Made by a program: the position numbers and the translations under genes
Shown: positions 14,577 to 23,930 of the stretch, in pieces
Numbering within the stretch: the first letter of the stretch is position 1
Layout of the letters: every line of letters starts with the position of its first letter
The notes under the pieces: generated by a model
What the model was told of the DNA's origin: nothing
What the model saw: only the letters and a program-made list of their open reading frames with translations
The model's database searches: none
Origin: Candidatus Nomurabacteria bacterium
GTDB lineage: Bacteria; Patescibacteriota; Minisyncoccia; Phycocordibacterales; UBA9973
Assembly (NCBI GenBank): GCA_943354905.1
Contig: CALRDL010000003.1
Span: 1-63,154, forward strand
Length of the DNA stretch: 63,154 nt
Reading direction: 5' to 3'

Positions 14577-15008
14577 TTATTTCAATTTATCTTTATATAA
14601 CTCTAAAAATTTAGGAAGTTGGGAATGAATAGGACTAGGCATATTTCCTAAAGTAAACCATCTTACATCATCTAATTTATGCGGTTCACCATTCTTTACT
14701 TTATCTTTATCGACAAGAACTTTAAAATCAAGAATTAACCAATGCGTCTTTTTTCCATTTTGTTCTCGAAAAACATCTCTGTATCCTAAAAATTCATAGT
14801 CCAATACATCTGTACAATATTCTTCTTTGATTTCTTTTCTTAAAGTATCAATTATAGTGTCTCCGAATTCAACACCCCCACCTCCAACATCCCAATTTCC
14901 GTGTTCATCTTTTGTATTTATTCCCCTTTTACCAAAAACAACATTCCCCTTACCATCGTGACAGAAAAAAATGACCGCACTTCCTATATAATCAATTCCT
15001 TTTTGCAT
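14577..15008 (-). CDS. NUDIX hydrolase
   Basis: GGGVEFGDTIIDTLRKEIKEEY Nudix box. Confidence 0.8.
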   Translation of the reverse strand: MQKGIDYIGSAVIFFCHDGKGNVVFGKRGINTKDEHGNWDVGGGGVEFGDTIIDTLRKEIKEEYCTDVLDYEFLGYRDVFREQNGKKTHWLILDFKVLVDKDKVKNGEPHKLDDVRWFTLGNMPSPIHSQLPKFLELYKDKLK

Positions 15009-15017
15009 AAATTTTAT

Positions 15018-15215
15018 TTAAATTTCAATATATTTTTTATTTTTATAGGTAAACTTAAACTTTTTGGTATCATTTTCAAGCCAAGATTTTTCCTGTCTAG
15101 ATTTAAAATCTTTTAAACTCACATAACAATGCCCAATGATTTTATTCTTTCCACTTTTGGTTTTTTCAAAATAAATTTCTGCTAATTTATTATTAATTTT
15201 TGCAAAACACCACAT
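15018..15215 (-). CDS. Small hypothetical protein
   Basis: 65-aa ORF packed between the NUDIX gene and glyQS on the same strand. Confidence 0.35.
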   Translation of the reverse strand: MWCFAKINNKLAEIYFEKTKSGKNKIIGHCYVSLKDFKSRQEKSWLENDTKKFKFTYKNKKYIEI

Positions 15216-15222
15216 AAATTTT

Positions 15223-16611
15223 TTAATTTATCTTATCTTTTATATATTTTTGTAGCTCCATTACTTTGACTCGGGTTTGTTCTCCACTATCTCGATCTCG
15301 GACAGTCACCGCGTCATCAGTAAGAGTATCAAAATCTATAACTATACAAAATGGTGTACCAATCTCGTCCTGTCTCCTATATCTTTTACCGATATTACCG
15401 TTGTCATCAAACTCACATTTAAACTCTTTTTTAAGAGAATCGTACACTTGTCTAGCTTTTTCTACTAATTCTGGCTTATTCCTCAACAATGGAAAAACTG
15501 CTACTTTTATGGGAGAAAGCTTGGGGGAAATTTTCAAAACAACACGAGTATCCTCTCCGATCTTATCTTCGCAGTAAGAGTCGGTCAGAAATGCAAGAAA
15601 CATACGTCCCATACCAACAGAAGTTTCTAAAATCCAAGGAATATATTTTTCTCCAGTATGTGGGTCTGTATACTGCAGATCAGTACCGGAAAATTTCATA
15701 TGCTGAGTAAGATCATAGTCGGAACGATCATGAATACCTTCTAATTCATCAAAACCGGTGGCAAATTTATACTCAATATCCCAAGCATCTTTTGCATAAA
15801 AAACTAGATTTTCGTGTTGAACAAATCTCAAATTTTCAGCCTTAATACCGAGGTTTACGTACCAATCAAATCTATTTTTCTTTACCCGTTCATATTCTTC
15901 TTTGTTTTCATTTGGTCGCACAAAATATTGCGTATCGGCTTGTTCCATCTCACGCGTACGAAAAAGAAAATTACGTGGAGAAATTTCATTACGAAAAGCT
16001 TTTCCTATCTGAGCTATGCCAAAAGGTATATGCATACGAGTCGAATCAACAACATTTTTAAAATTCAAATAAATTCCTTGACAAGCTTCTCCCGGGAGAT
16101 AAACTGGATTCTTGCCCTCACCAGTAAAATCTCCAAGATTAGACTTTACTAATAAATTAAAAGATCGTGCTGGAGAAAAATCATGTGCACCACATTTCGG
16201 ACAAGAAATATTTTGTTTATTCTTTTCAAAAAGTTCTTGCAATTGCTTTTCAGGCATTTTTTCGTCTGCAGATATACCTATATTCTTTAATTCTTTATCG
16301 ACTCTAATACGAGTATTACATTTTCGACATTCAGAAAGAGGATCAGAAAATCCACCTACATGGCCTGACGCTTCCCAAACTCGTGGATCTTTAAACATTG
16401 CTGAATCTATGCCTACATAATCATCCCTAAATTGTACATGGGCTTTCCACCATTCATTTTTTAAATTATTTAAAAATTCTACACCATACGGACCAAAATC
16501 ATACAATCCCGCCATTCCCCCATATATCTCCGAACCTTGAAAAACAAACCCTCGCCTTTTGCAGAGTGAAACTATTTTTTCCATTAGATCATTTTGATTT
16601 TCTTTTTTCAT
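15223..16611 (-). CDS. glyQS: Glycyl-tRNA synthetase (dimeric class II type)
   Basis: RRGFVFQGSEIYGGMAGLYDFGPYG N-terminus; 462 aa. Confidence 0.9.
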   Translation of the reverse strand: MKKENQNDLMEKIVSLCKRRGFVFQGSEIYGGMAGLYDFGPYGVEFLNNLKNEWWKAHVQFRDDYVGIDSAMFKDPRVWEASGHVGGFSDPLSECRKCNTRIRVDKELKNIGISADEKMPEKQLQELFEKNKQNISCPKCGAHDFSPARSFNLLVKSNLGDFTGEGKNPVYLPGEACQGIYLNFKNVVDSTRMHIPFGIAQIGKAFRNEISPRNFLFRTREMEQADTQYFVRPNENKEEYERVKKNRFDWYVNLGIKAENLRFVQHENLVFYAKDAWDIEYKFATGFDELEGIHDRSDYDLTQHMKFSGTDLQYTDPHTGEKYIPWILETSVGMGRMFLAFLTDSYCEDKIGEDTRVVLKISPKLSPIKVAVFPLLRNKPELVEKARQVYDSLKKEFKCEFDDNGNIGKRYRRQDEIGTPFCIVIDFDTLTDDAVTVRDRDSGEQTRVKVMELQKYIKDKIN

Positions 16612-16620
16612 ATTTTTAAA

Positions 16621-18561
16621 TTATTCTACTACTATGCCTCCGCCCGACGGAAACAATGGCTCATTGTTTAATGTGATATTAAGCAAGTCCTTCTTGACCT
16701 TTATATCCACCTTAGCAAAATCATCATACCCAGTCAAAGTCGCTTCTTTGATAAGAATCGGACTAGAACCAAGCTGGGAAATTGATGGAGAAAATCCAAC
16801 TTGAAAAGAAACACTACGATCAACTCCGGAAACACCAGCACCTCTAGGGATAGAACCTGCATTCCAAATAATTTCACGTGTAGAAGAATTATAAACCAGA
16901 TCTTCAGTGGCTGGAGAAATAGTTCCCATAAATTTAATCCAAGTAGGTAAACTCGACGTCACGACACTTTTTGAAATATTATTTGCAGTATTAGAAAGAG
17001 ACCAAGTGATGGTATAAGTCGTTTCTTTTTCAACTTTTGGTGGAACAACACCCTTATTGGTGAAAGGTCCAGAATAATATAACGCTTTATTTGTAAATCC
17101 AACATCAGAAATAATCCGGATTGTTGAAGAAGAAAGATTGTCTAAATCCTTCGATGCATAATTCTCGATCAATTGTTTACCAGAGATAGAGACGTCAATA
17201 TTGACCACGGGATTGGAAAGTATCCCACTTCCAGCAGAAAACAATGAGATTGTAGAAAGTGTAAAATTCACATAACCAGAACCTCCTGGGTTAACTTCTT
17301 TAAACGAAGAAATAGAATTTTTATCCCAAACAATAGTATCAGAAGAAGAATTATAAAAACCTTGTTCGACATCAATACTTTTTTCATTTACAGCATTACC
17401 CTTAATTTTAGCTCGGATTTCTAAATCATTCACATTTGTATCTAAATTATTTATCCATTCTATTTTACCATTAATAGAATTCTTGGCAGAACTCACATAT
17501 TCTCGCCCAGCTATACCATTTATGAAAAGTCTGGCTTCAATAAATGGTTTTTGTATAGAGACGATATGTGAAGAAGAATTATATATTATATCAAACATAG
17601 ATTTATCAGAGAAAGATTGCGTTCCGCTCGAGACCTGAAATGCTTTTTGTTCACCATCAAAGACATCTAGCATCTTACCCAAGAGAGCAATATCTTTTTC
17701 TCCACCTGGGGCAATATCTCCCAGACTCCAAATATTATTTCCGAGTGATGGTGCTGGATTAGCAGAAATAAAAACAAAACCCACAGGATAATCTATCTTA
17801 ATTAAAGTTCTAGTAGCTGGTTTGAGCGAATTCAAAACAACTTTTATATTCATATTGATATCCTGATTTGGACTAATACTAGATGGTGCATCTACGGAAA
17901 TATTAAGAGGTGTAGAACTAATAGTCACCTCATATGGTTTTTCTTTTACAAAAATAGCATTTGAGCCCTCTACTCTATATTCCAGAGAAATTTTTATAGA
18001 ACGTAAGCTTCCTTGCTCACCAAAGAGAATCAATTTTATATTTTCATTATGGATTTCTCCAGCGGAAATCCCCCCAATTGAAGTGCGACTTCTTTCAGTA
18101 GAATTTACACCTGAAATACTAGAACTTTTTGGATACTCAACAATAAGATCAACTAGATCGAGGGAAGAACTATTTCTATTTTTTATTTCAACAATAAAAG
18201 AAAAATCTTCTCCCCCCGCAACAAAATTACTTCCAATAACTGATATGTCTATATTTTCATTAGAAACAGTATTGCCTCCTTTGAAGAACATAAAAGAAGC
18301 GTAGCTAAGTGTTAGAACAAAAAATACTAGAGAAAAGTAAAAGAAATTTTTAAATACGGAAGTTTTCATAAAAAAGTTTTTAGAAGAATCCTGAGATGAA
18401 GCTGATGTATAGTTTTCGTCACCCCAACTATCTTTAATTTCTTTAACTCGAATCTCAGTAAACTTATCATGATGCTCTATTTTTTGTTCGTAATTTTTAC
18501 TGAAAAGTTTATTTTTTAATTCTTCTAATCTATTTAATTTATCTTTATCACCTACAGCCAT
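16621..18561 (-). CDS. Large membrane-anchored, beta-rich extracytoplasmic protein (hypothetical)
   Basis: 646 aa. A cytoplasmic N-terminus and one TM helix (FFYFSLVFFVLTLSYASFMFF) are followed by repetitive S/N/I-rich beta-like segments. Confidence 0.6.
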   Translation of the reverse strand: MAVGDKDKLNRLEELKNKLFSKNYEQKIEHHDKFTEIRVKEIKDSWGDENYTSASSQDSSKNFFMKTSVFKNFFYFSLVFFVLTLSYASFMFFKGGNTVSNENIDISVIGSNFVAGGEDFSFIVEIKNRNSSSLDLVDLIVEYPKSSSISGVNSTERSRTSIGGISAGEIHNENIKLILFGEQGSLRSIKISLEYRVEGSNAIFVKEKPYEVTISSTPLNISVDAPSSISPNQDINMNIKVVLNSLKPATRTLIKIDYPVGFVFISANPAPSLGNNIWSLGDIAPGGEKDIALLGKMLDVFDGEQKAFQVSSGTQSFSDKSMFDIIYNSSSHIVSIQKPFIEARLFINGIAGREYVSSAKNSINGKIEWINNLDTNVNDLEIRAKIKGNAVNEKSIDVEQGFYNSSSDTIVWDKNSISSFKEVNPGGSGYVNFTLSTISLFSAGSGILSNPVVNIDVSISGKQLIENYASKDLDNLSSSTIRIISDVGFTNKALYYSGPFTNKGVVPPKVEKETTYTITWSLSNTANNISKSVVTSSLPTWIKFMGTISPATEDLVYNSSTREIIWNAGSIPRGAGVSGVDRSVSFQVGFSPSISQLGSSPILIKEATLTGYDDFAKVDIKVKKDLLNITLNNEPLFPSGGGIVVE

Positions 18562-18580
18562 TTTGATATTATATCACAAA

Positions 18581-19162
18581 TTACAAATGTGTTTCTTTTA
18601 GGGCATTGTTGATCTCAACAAGAATTATTTTTCTATCTTTTCTAGCTTTAAATATTAAATCTTTTTCAAATGGCGATTTGATAAAATTCTCTAAGACATC
18701 ATGACTTCCTATGTATCCTAAGTTGTTTATAATCCGCAAAACTAGAATAGCTTCTATGTTTTGCAAATCCTCTTTTGTCTCCGTTTTCTCCAGCAACAGC
18801 AAGCCATCGAGTAGATCTATAAATAATTCTCTATTTGGCTCAACACCGGCGAGTAAACGCCGAAGCAAACGTGCAATACTAGCGAAAACTTTTAGATTGA
18901 CAGATTTTTTAGTTATCTCCTCTAAAATATTTGTCTTCTCAGCAGTCGTGATCCGCCAAAAATCTTTACCTTGAACTAAATCAATCTTTAGGTATGCAAA
19001 ATCTTGCAAAACAAAACGAAGCTTTGAGGAAATCTTGCGAACACCTTGAGCACTAGCATAGATCATCCCAAGATCGCGAGTAAAAATAAAATAATACTTC
19101 CCCGCCTCGCCAGAATTCTTACTTCCTAATATTATCCCCTCCGTGTGATGAATGTGGTGCAT
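18581..19162 (-). CDS. recO: DNA repair protein RecO
   Basis: TEGIILGSKNSGEAGKYYFIFTRDLGMIYASAQGVRK OB-fold N-terminus. Confidence 0.75.
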   Translation of the reverse strand: MHHIHHTEGIILGSKNSGEAGKYYFIFTRDLGMIYASAQGVRKISSKLRFVLQDFAYLKIDLVQGKDFWRITTAEKTNILEEITKKSVNLKVFASIARLLRRLLAGVEPNRELFIDLLDGLLLLEKTETKEDLQNIEAILVLRIINNLGYIGSHDVLENFIKSPFEKDLIFKARKDRKIILVEINNALKETHL

Positions 19163-19800
19163 TAAAATTCTTCTTCTTTGCCTATTTCTAAATTTTTGAA
19201 ACTAATACCCAATTCTTTCAAGAAATTTTCTGGATTTTTCCAGATGAATGATGCCCAACTATGAATAAAACCATCGTGCACAGGAAAAACTATTCTTGGA
19301 TTAATATTTTTTGCATAATTAATCGCCTCCCCTATTTTCATCCACGGACCAGCCGTAGGAAGAGCGAGAATATCCACATCATGATCTGGGTAGTTAAAAG
19401 CATCTCCGGCATAGCACAAATTATCTATCATATAACCTGTATTCTGAACCTGTTTCATTGTGATATAAGTTTCTGCATGCAAATTACCAAAACCCACAAT
19501 CTGTACATCTTTAAAATCGTACTTCTGTCCCTCCTCTACTTTTGTATATTTAATATTTATTTCATCAAGTATTTTTCCAACAGCAGTATTTGTTATTATT
19601 GTGGCAGTAGGGTTATTTTCTAAAACTATCTTCAATGAGTCTATGTGCAAGTGATCAGGATGTTCATGAGTAATCAAAACTAGATCAATGTTCTTTTCTT
19701 CATTTTGTAGAGTTGAAAAAGAACCAGGATCAGTCATAACCCTCACCCCTATTTTAGGCTCCACCACAAAACAACAATGCCCAAGCTTTTTAATCTTCAT
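19162..19800 (-). CDS. MBL-fold metallo-hydrolase
   Basis: ITHEHPDHLH motif. ATGA overlap with the ileS stop. Confidence 0.8.
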   Translation of the reverse strand: MKIKKLGHCCFVVEPKIGVRVMTDPGSFSTLQNEEKNIDLVLITHEHPDHLHIDSLKIVLENNPTATIITNTAVGKILDEINIKYTKVEEGQKYDFKDVQIVGFGNLHAETYITMKQVQNTGYMIDNLCYAGDAFNYPDHDVDILALPTAGPWMKIGEAINYAKNINPRIVFPVHDGFIHSWASFIWKNPENFLKELGISFKNLEIGKEEEF

Positions 19801-22800
19801 ATTTTTATTTTAGCAATTTCTACTTTGAATACCAAATTGTCTACTTTAACTTCCTGCCCGCCATTACCTTTGAATTCTATTTTAGAAACTAGAACAGTTT
19901 TTTTCATATCTGCTTCAAATTTTTGAATCAATTCTTTGCCTTTTCCATCGGTTTCAAAAGAAATAGACACTATTTCACTCGGAGTCAATCCGAAATTCTT
20001 TCGCATATCTTGCAAAGCTCGCACAAGCTCGCGATAATTTCCTTCTTGTTTTAATTCAAAAGTTATTTCATCATCAAGCAAGACTTTTGATTCAAGATTT
20101 TTATTTTCTTTAACTTCTTTTACATTTAATTCGTCTTTAATTAGTTCTATGTATTCTATGCCTAGTGAAAAATCTTTTATTTCTAATTTGGAAAGTGGTT
20201 GACGAACGGCTATTTTAGCTTTTTGTCTAGCTTCGAGACCTAGAGAAACGACATCTCTCACAATCTGCATATTTTTCAATATTGCGTCTTCTTTGTGGCC
20301 AAAAATATCAAAAATACTTTTTGATATTTTTGGCCACTCTGCCAAGTGCACACTCTGTGTGTCACTTTCATTTTTTAATTTCAACCAAATATCCTCAGCA
20401 GTAAATGGAGCAAATGGAGCAAATAATTTTGCAAGAGTTTTCAAAACAAAATACAAAGTTTGTTTTGCCTCTACGTCTCCTTCTTTGATTCTTTCACGAG
20501 AACGACGCAGATACCAAGTCGAAAGATCTCCAATAAAATCTCGTACCGCACGAACTGGTTCGAGAAGTTTATAACTATCCAAATTTTCGGTAGAAATTTT
20601 TATAAGTTCATTTAGTCTAGCCACAATCCAAGCATCTAAAATGTTTTCTGACTTTTTATATTCCAACTTTTCTAATTCTTGATCTCGATATAATTCATAA
20701 AACGCCAAGACGTTATAAAGCAAGCTAAAAACTTGCTGTTGAAGAAGAGAGACAGTTTTCTCATCAAAGTTTTTTGATTCACCGGGTTGATTCACAGAAT
20801 ACATCCAGAGACGTAAAGTGTCGACACCATATTTATTCATCATCTCCCAAGGATCAACAATATTTCCTATGGATTTAGACATTTTCTTGCCTTGAGCATC
20901 AAGCAAATGCCCAAGACAAATCACATTTTTATACGCCTTTCCTCGACCAACAAGCACTCCAATCGCATGCAAAGTGTAGAACCAGCCACGAGTTTGGTCT
21001 ATAGCTTCTGAGATAAAATCCGCGGGAAAACCCGACCCATCTACCCATTTTTTATTTTCAAAAGGATAATGATCCTGAGCAAAAGGCATACAACCAGAAT
21101 CAAACCAGACATCCATCACTTCTTTTGTGCGGGTCATATCGCCACCACAACTACACTCTAAATTAATTTCATCAATAAATGGTTTGTGTAAATCTAATTC
21201 GTATTCAACATTATGTGGAAGGGGAATAAATTCATGTTCTCGGTGAAGTTCTCCTGTTTTATTTTTTATTTTCGAATGGAAAATTTCTAAAGAGCGAGCT
21301 TTATCAGCACCTTCAATCACGGCTGGAATTAATTCCAACGACAAACCATGCGAAACAATCAAAATAGTTTCATTTTTATATTTTTGATCGATATCATACA
21401 AAAATTCTCCAAAACGTCTCTTACCATCTTGAAAACTCTCCCCTCCTGGAATTTTAGTATCGAAAGTCCAAGTCTTACCCTCCATAAAATCCCAATAGTC
21501 TTGCACCGGACGTTCTCCGAATTCTCCAAATTCAAGTTCGTGTAGACGTTCATCAATAATGATATTTTCTTTTGGAAATCCTATTTTTTCTGCCACTATA
21601 TCTGCCGTTTCACGAGTTCGTAAAAATGGGGAACAGAAAATTTGAGTTATTTTTTCCTGCCTGCGCAGGCAGGTATTTTTCAAATGTTCCACAGTCTCGT
21701 GCACTTGCGATTTACCTTTTTCTGTCAAGTGATTTTTATTCCGATCGGAAGAATAAATATTTTTAGCATTATTTTCAGCTTCCCCATGACGCATCACGAA
21801 ATATTTATTTTTAGATTTCTTTGATTTATTTTTTAAATCTTCCAAACTTCCTACTACATGTCTCTTCTCGCACTTGCCGCAAATCCAAACAGGTAGTGGA
21901 GTTCCCCAATATCTCTCACGCGATATAGCCCAATCTTTTATTTCACGTAGCCATTCGCCAAAACGCCCATCTCGGATGTATGCTGGCTCCCAATTGATCG
22001 TCTTATTTTCTTCGATCATTTCTTTTTTTATTTTCGGATCCGACATACGGATATACCAAGAATCACGCGCATAGTATATGAGCGCAGTTTTGCAACGCCA
22101 ACAATGCGGGTAGCTATGTTTATAATTTTCTTGTTTAAAAAATAAATTTCGCTTTTTTAGATCTTCGATGATGTCTAGAGCTAGGGTTGGCTTACCCGGC
22201 CCACCAACAATACCGCCATCAACTTCTTTAACAAATCTACCTTCTAAAAATCCAGTGCCCGATAAAAATTTTCCATCAAGGCCGACGAGATGGTGTTTTG
22301 GTAAACCAACCTCTGTGCCTAACACAAAATCGTCCTGTCCATACATAACAGCTGTATGCACGATTCCCGTACCATCGGTAGTATTCACAAAATTTGCAGT
22401 ATAGACTTTATAAGCCTTATCCATTTTTGTTTTTTCACTTTCAGAAATAGTCTCTGCGAGATACGGAAAAAGTGGTTCGTATTCTAGCCCGACTAGATCT
22501 TTACCCTTAAATTCTGAAATTAATTCATAATTTTCTAGTAGAGATAATTTAGATTTTGCAAGAATATACACACCTCCAGACGATCTATAAATTCCATGGT
22601 CTTGTGGGGCATTTAAAACGACCACTATCTTTTCTCTTACTTTTACATAATCTATATCTTCCCCCACAGCCAAAGCAACATTCCCCGGCAATGTCCATGG
22701 TGTCGTCGTCCACGCAAGAATGTAAGTATTATCTTGTCCTTTTAATTTGAATTTAACATAAACCGATAAATCTTTCACATCTTCATATCCCTGAGCGAGT

Positions 22801-23384
22801 TCATGACTAGACAAAGCCGTCCCACATCTCGGACACCAAGGCACAACTTTATAATCTTTATACAAAAGTTTTTGTTCGTCGATTTTTTTTACCACACTCC
22901 AAAGAGATTCAATATAGTCGTTATGATAAGTAACATAAGCATTTTCTTGATCAGCCCAATATCCCATTCTTTGAGTAAAATCTTTCCATAAATCTATAAA
23001 TTCCCAAACACTGTCTTTGCAAAGTTTATTAAAAGCGGCTATGCCATAATTCTCGATATCATTTTTTGACTTAAAGCCAAGTTTTTTTTCTATTTGTAAT
23101 TCCACCGGAAGTCCGTGTGTATCCCAACCACCCTTCCTGTGTGCATGGAAGCCTTGCATAGTTTTGTATCTAGGTATTACATCTTTAAAAGAAAACGGCA
23201 CCATGGTGTGAAGAACCGGTTTAGAATTTGCTGTAACCGGTCCATCGTAAAAAACAAATTCCTTACCGCCCTCACGATTTTTAACTGATTTCTTAAAAAT
23301 TTTATTCTCACGCCAAAATTCCAAAACACGCTCTTCTCGAAGAGCTACCTCACTTTTGTTATTTTTTACATTTTCGTCTTGCAT
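19797..23384 (-). CDS. ileS: Isoleucyl-tRNA synthetase (type 2-like) with an inserted histidine-phosphatase domain
   Basis: KMSKS (GKKMSKSIGN), WCPRCGTAL, WAISRERYWGTPLP and DVWFDSG motifs. The likely start is MQDENVK at 23384. Aa 541-735 form a PGAM-like insert (MRHGEAENN...CSPFLRTRETA...IVSHG). Confidence 0.9.
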   Translation of the reverse strand: MQDENVKNNKSEVALREERVLEFWRENKIFKKSVKNREGGKEFVFYDGPVTANSKPVLHTMVPFSFKDVIPRYKTMQGFHAHRKGGWDTHGLPVELQIEKKLGFKSKNDIENYGIAAFNKLCKDSVWEFIDLWKDFTQRMGYWADQENAYVTYHNDYIESLWSVVKKIDEQKLLYKDYKVVPWCPRCGTALSSHELAQGYEDVKDLSVYVKFKLKGQDNTYILAWTTTPWTLPGNVALAVGEDIDYVKVREKIVVVLNAPQDHGIYRSSGGVYILAKSKLSLLENYELISEFKGKDLVGLEYEPLFPYLAETISESEKTKMDKAYKVYTANFVNTTDGTGIVHTAVMYGQDDFVLGTEVGLPKHHLVGLDGKFLSGTGFLEGRFVKEVDGGIVGGPGKPTLALDIIEDLKKRNLFFKQENYKHSYPHCWRCKTALIYYARDSWYIRMSDPKIKKEMIEENKTINWEPAYIRDGRFGEWLREIKDWAISRERYWGTPLPVWICGKCEKRHVVGSLEDLKNKSKKSKNKYFVMRHGEAENNAKNIYSSDRNKNHLTEKGKSQVHETVEHLKNTCLRRQEKITQIFCSPFLRTRETADIVAEKIGFPKENIIIDERLHELEFGEFGERPVQDYWDFMEGKTWTFDTKIPGGESFQDGKRRFGEFLYDIDQKYKNETILIVSHGLSLELIPAVIEGADKARSLEIFHSKIKNKTGELHREHEFIPLPHNVEYELDLHKPFIDEINLECSCGGDMTRTKEVMDVWFDSGCMPFAQDHYPFENKKWVDGSGFPADFISEAIDQTRGWFYTLHAIGVLVGRGKAYKNVICLGHLLDAQGKKMSKSIGNIVDPWEMMNKYGVDTLRLWMYSVNQPGESKNFDEKTVSLLQQQVFSLLYNVLAFYELYRDQELEKLEYKKSENILDAWIVARLNELIKISTENLDSYKLLEPVRAVRDFIGDLSTWYLRRSRERIKEGDVEAKQTLYFVLKTLAKLFAPFAPFTAEDIWLKLKNESDTQSVHLAEWPKISKSIFDIFGHKEDAILKNMQIVRDVVSLGLEARQKAKIAVRQPLSKLEIKDFSLGIEYIELIKDELNVKEVKENKNLESKVLLDDEITFELKQEGNYRELVRALQDMRKNFGLTPSEIVSISFETDGKGKELIQKFEADMKKTVLVSKIEFKGNGGQEVKVDNLVFKVEIAKIKI
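21656..21677. repeat. GC-rich palindromic element, family B (cctgcctgcgcaggcagg+tatt) inside ileS
   Basis: Perfect 18-nt palindrome. The identical 22-mer recurs at 34393-34414. Confidence 0.9.
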
Positions 23385-23406
23385 GTTTTTATAAATTTTT
23401 ATAAAT

Positions 23407-23590
23407 AAAAAAAACCCGTCCACATACAACAATAATAAAATTGTTATACAAGGACGAGTTTTTGACCCGTGGTACCACCTTTGTTACTTCTCATTTAATG
23501 GGTTCTACTTTCGACTAGGTCTTGCCTAGCGATTTCTTCCCGAAGCATGCCCACCATATTGGAGGACTCAGGAGTGATAACTCCTTCAAC
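23407..23590 (-). promoter_or_regulatory. T-box leader (tRNA-sensing riboswitch) of ileS with an intrinsic terminator
   Basis: The minus strand reads AACAAAGGUGGUACCACGG (reverse complement of 23467-23482), close to the T-box consensus. A long terminator hairpin with U8 follows (23407-23458). An upstream hairpin AGGAGU-UAUC-ACUCCU (23570-23585) contains an Ile AUC codon. Confidence 0.6.
23512..23531. repeat. Family C hairpin (stem-agg tcttg cct-stem) inside the T-box leader
   Basis: cgactagg-tcttg-cctagcg. Confidence 0.6.
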
Positions 23591-23658
23591 GCTTATTTAT
23601 AAATATACCACAAAAAAACAAAAATGGACAATTTTTTAAAATATCTTATGATTACAAT

Positions 23659-23928
23659 ATGGAACAAGAACCAAAAAGAGAAGTTATAGAAAGGATAGAA
23701 AAGGCCGCTGTTAGAACTCCAGATGGTAAAATCTATGCTCGTCAGACACATGAAGACGTCTACGCTTGGAATCCACAAGCCAGCACTGAGGGTAGAGAAG
23801 AAGGATTTATCACAAACACTGGAAGGTTTATATCTAGAGAAAAAGCGGGAGAAATCGCTTTCAAAGCAGGACAAACAAAAGAAAGGAAAAACTCTTTAAC
23901 CAGTCCAGATATTTTTGATTTAAGATAA
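23659..23928 (+). CDS. Small hypothetical protein
   Basis: 89 aa with protein-like composition (VRTPDGKIYARQTHEDVY...GFITNTGRFISREKAGEIAFKAGQ). The overlapping minus-strand ORF is F/S/C-rich and less plausible. Confidence 0.5.
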   Translation: MEQEPKREVIERIEKAAVRTPDGKIYARQTHEDVYAWNPQASTEGREEGFITNTGRFISREKAGEIAFKAGQTKERKNSLTSPDIFDLR

Positions 23929-23930
23929 CT

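Noticed and set aside
19797-19800. Alternative genetic code (UGA recoded, as in some CPR lineages)
   Set aside because: The ATGA overlaps at ileS/MBL (19797-19800) and tpiA/pgk (40469-40472) use TGA as a stop. Conserved Trp positions use TGG. Long conserved genes are uninterrupted under the standard code.
23385-23432. Upstream-extended ORF starts (ileS to 23432, recJ to 38845, nusA from 52167, argS to 27039, dut to 27487, pilC to 47966, the immunity ORF to 1400)
   Set aside because: The extensions add hydrophobic or odd N-termini and overlap neighbouring genes or leaders. Internal ATGs restore canonical N-termini and sensible spacing.
23593-23874. 93-aa minus-strand ORF overlapping 23659-23928
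   Set aside because: It is F/S/C/W-rich and low-complexity. The plus-strand alternative has a balanced, protein-like composition. Both calls remain uncertain.
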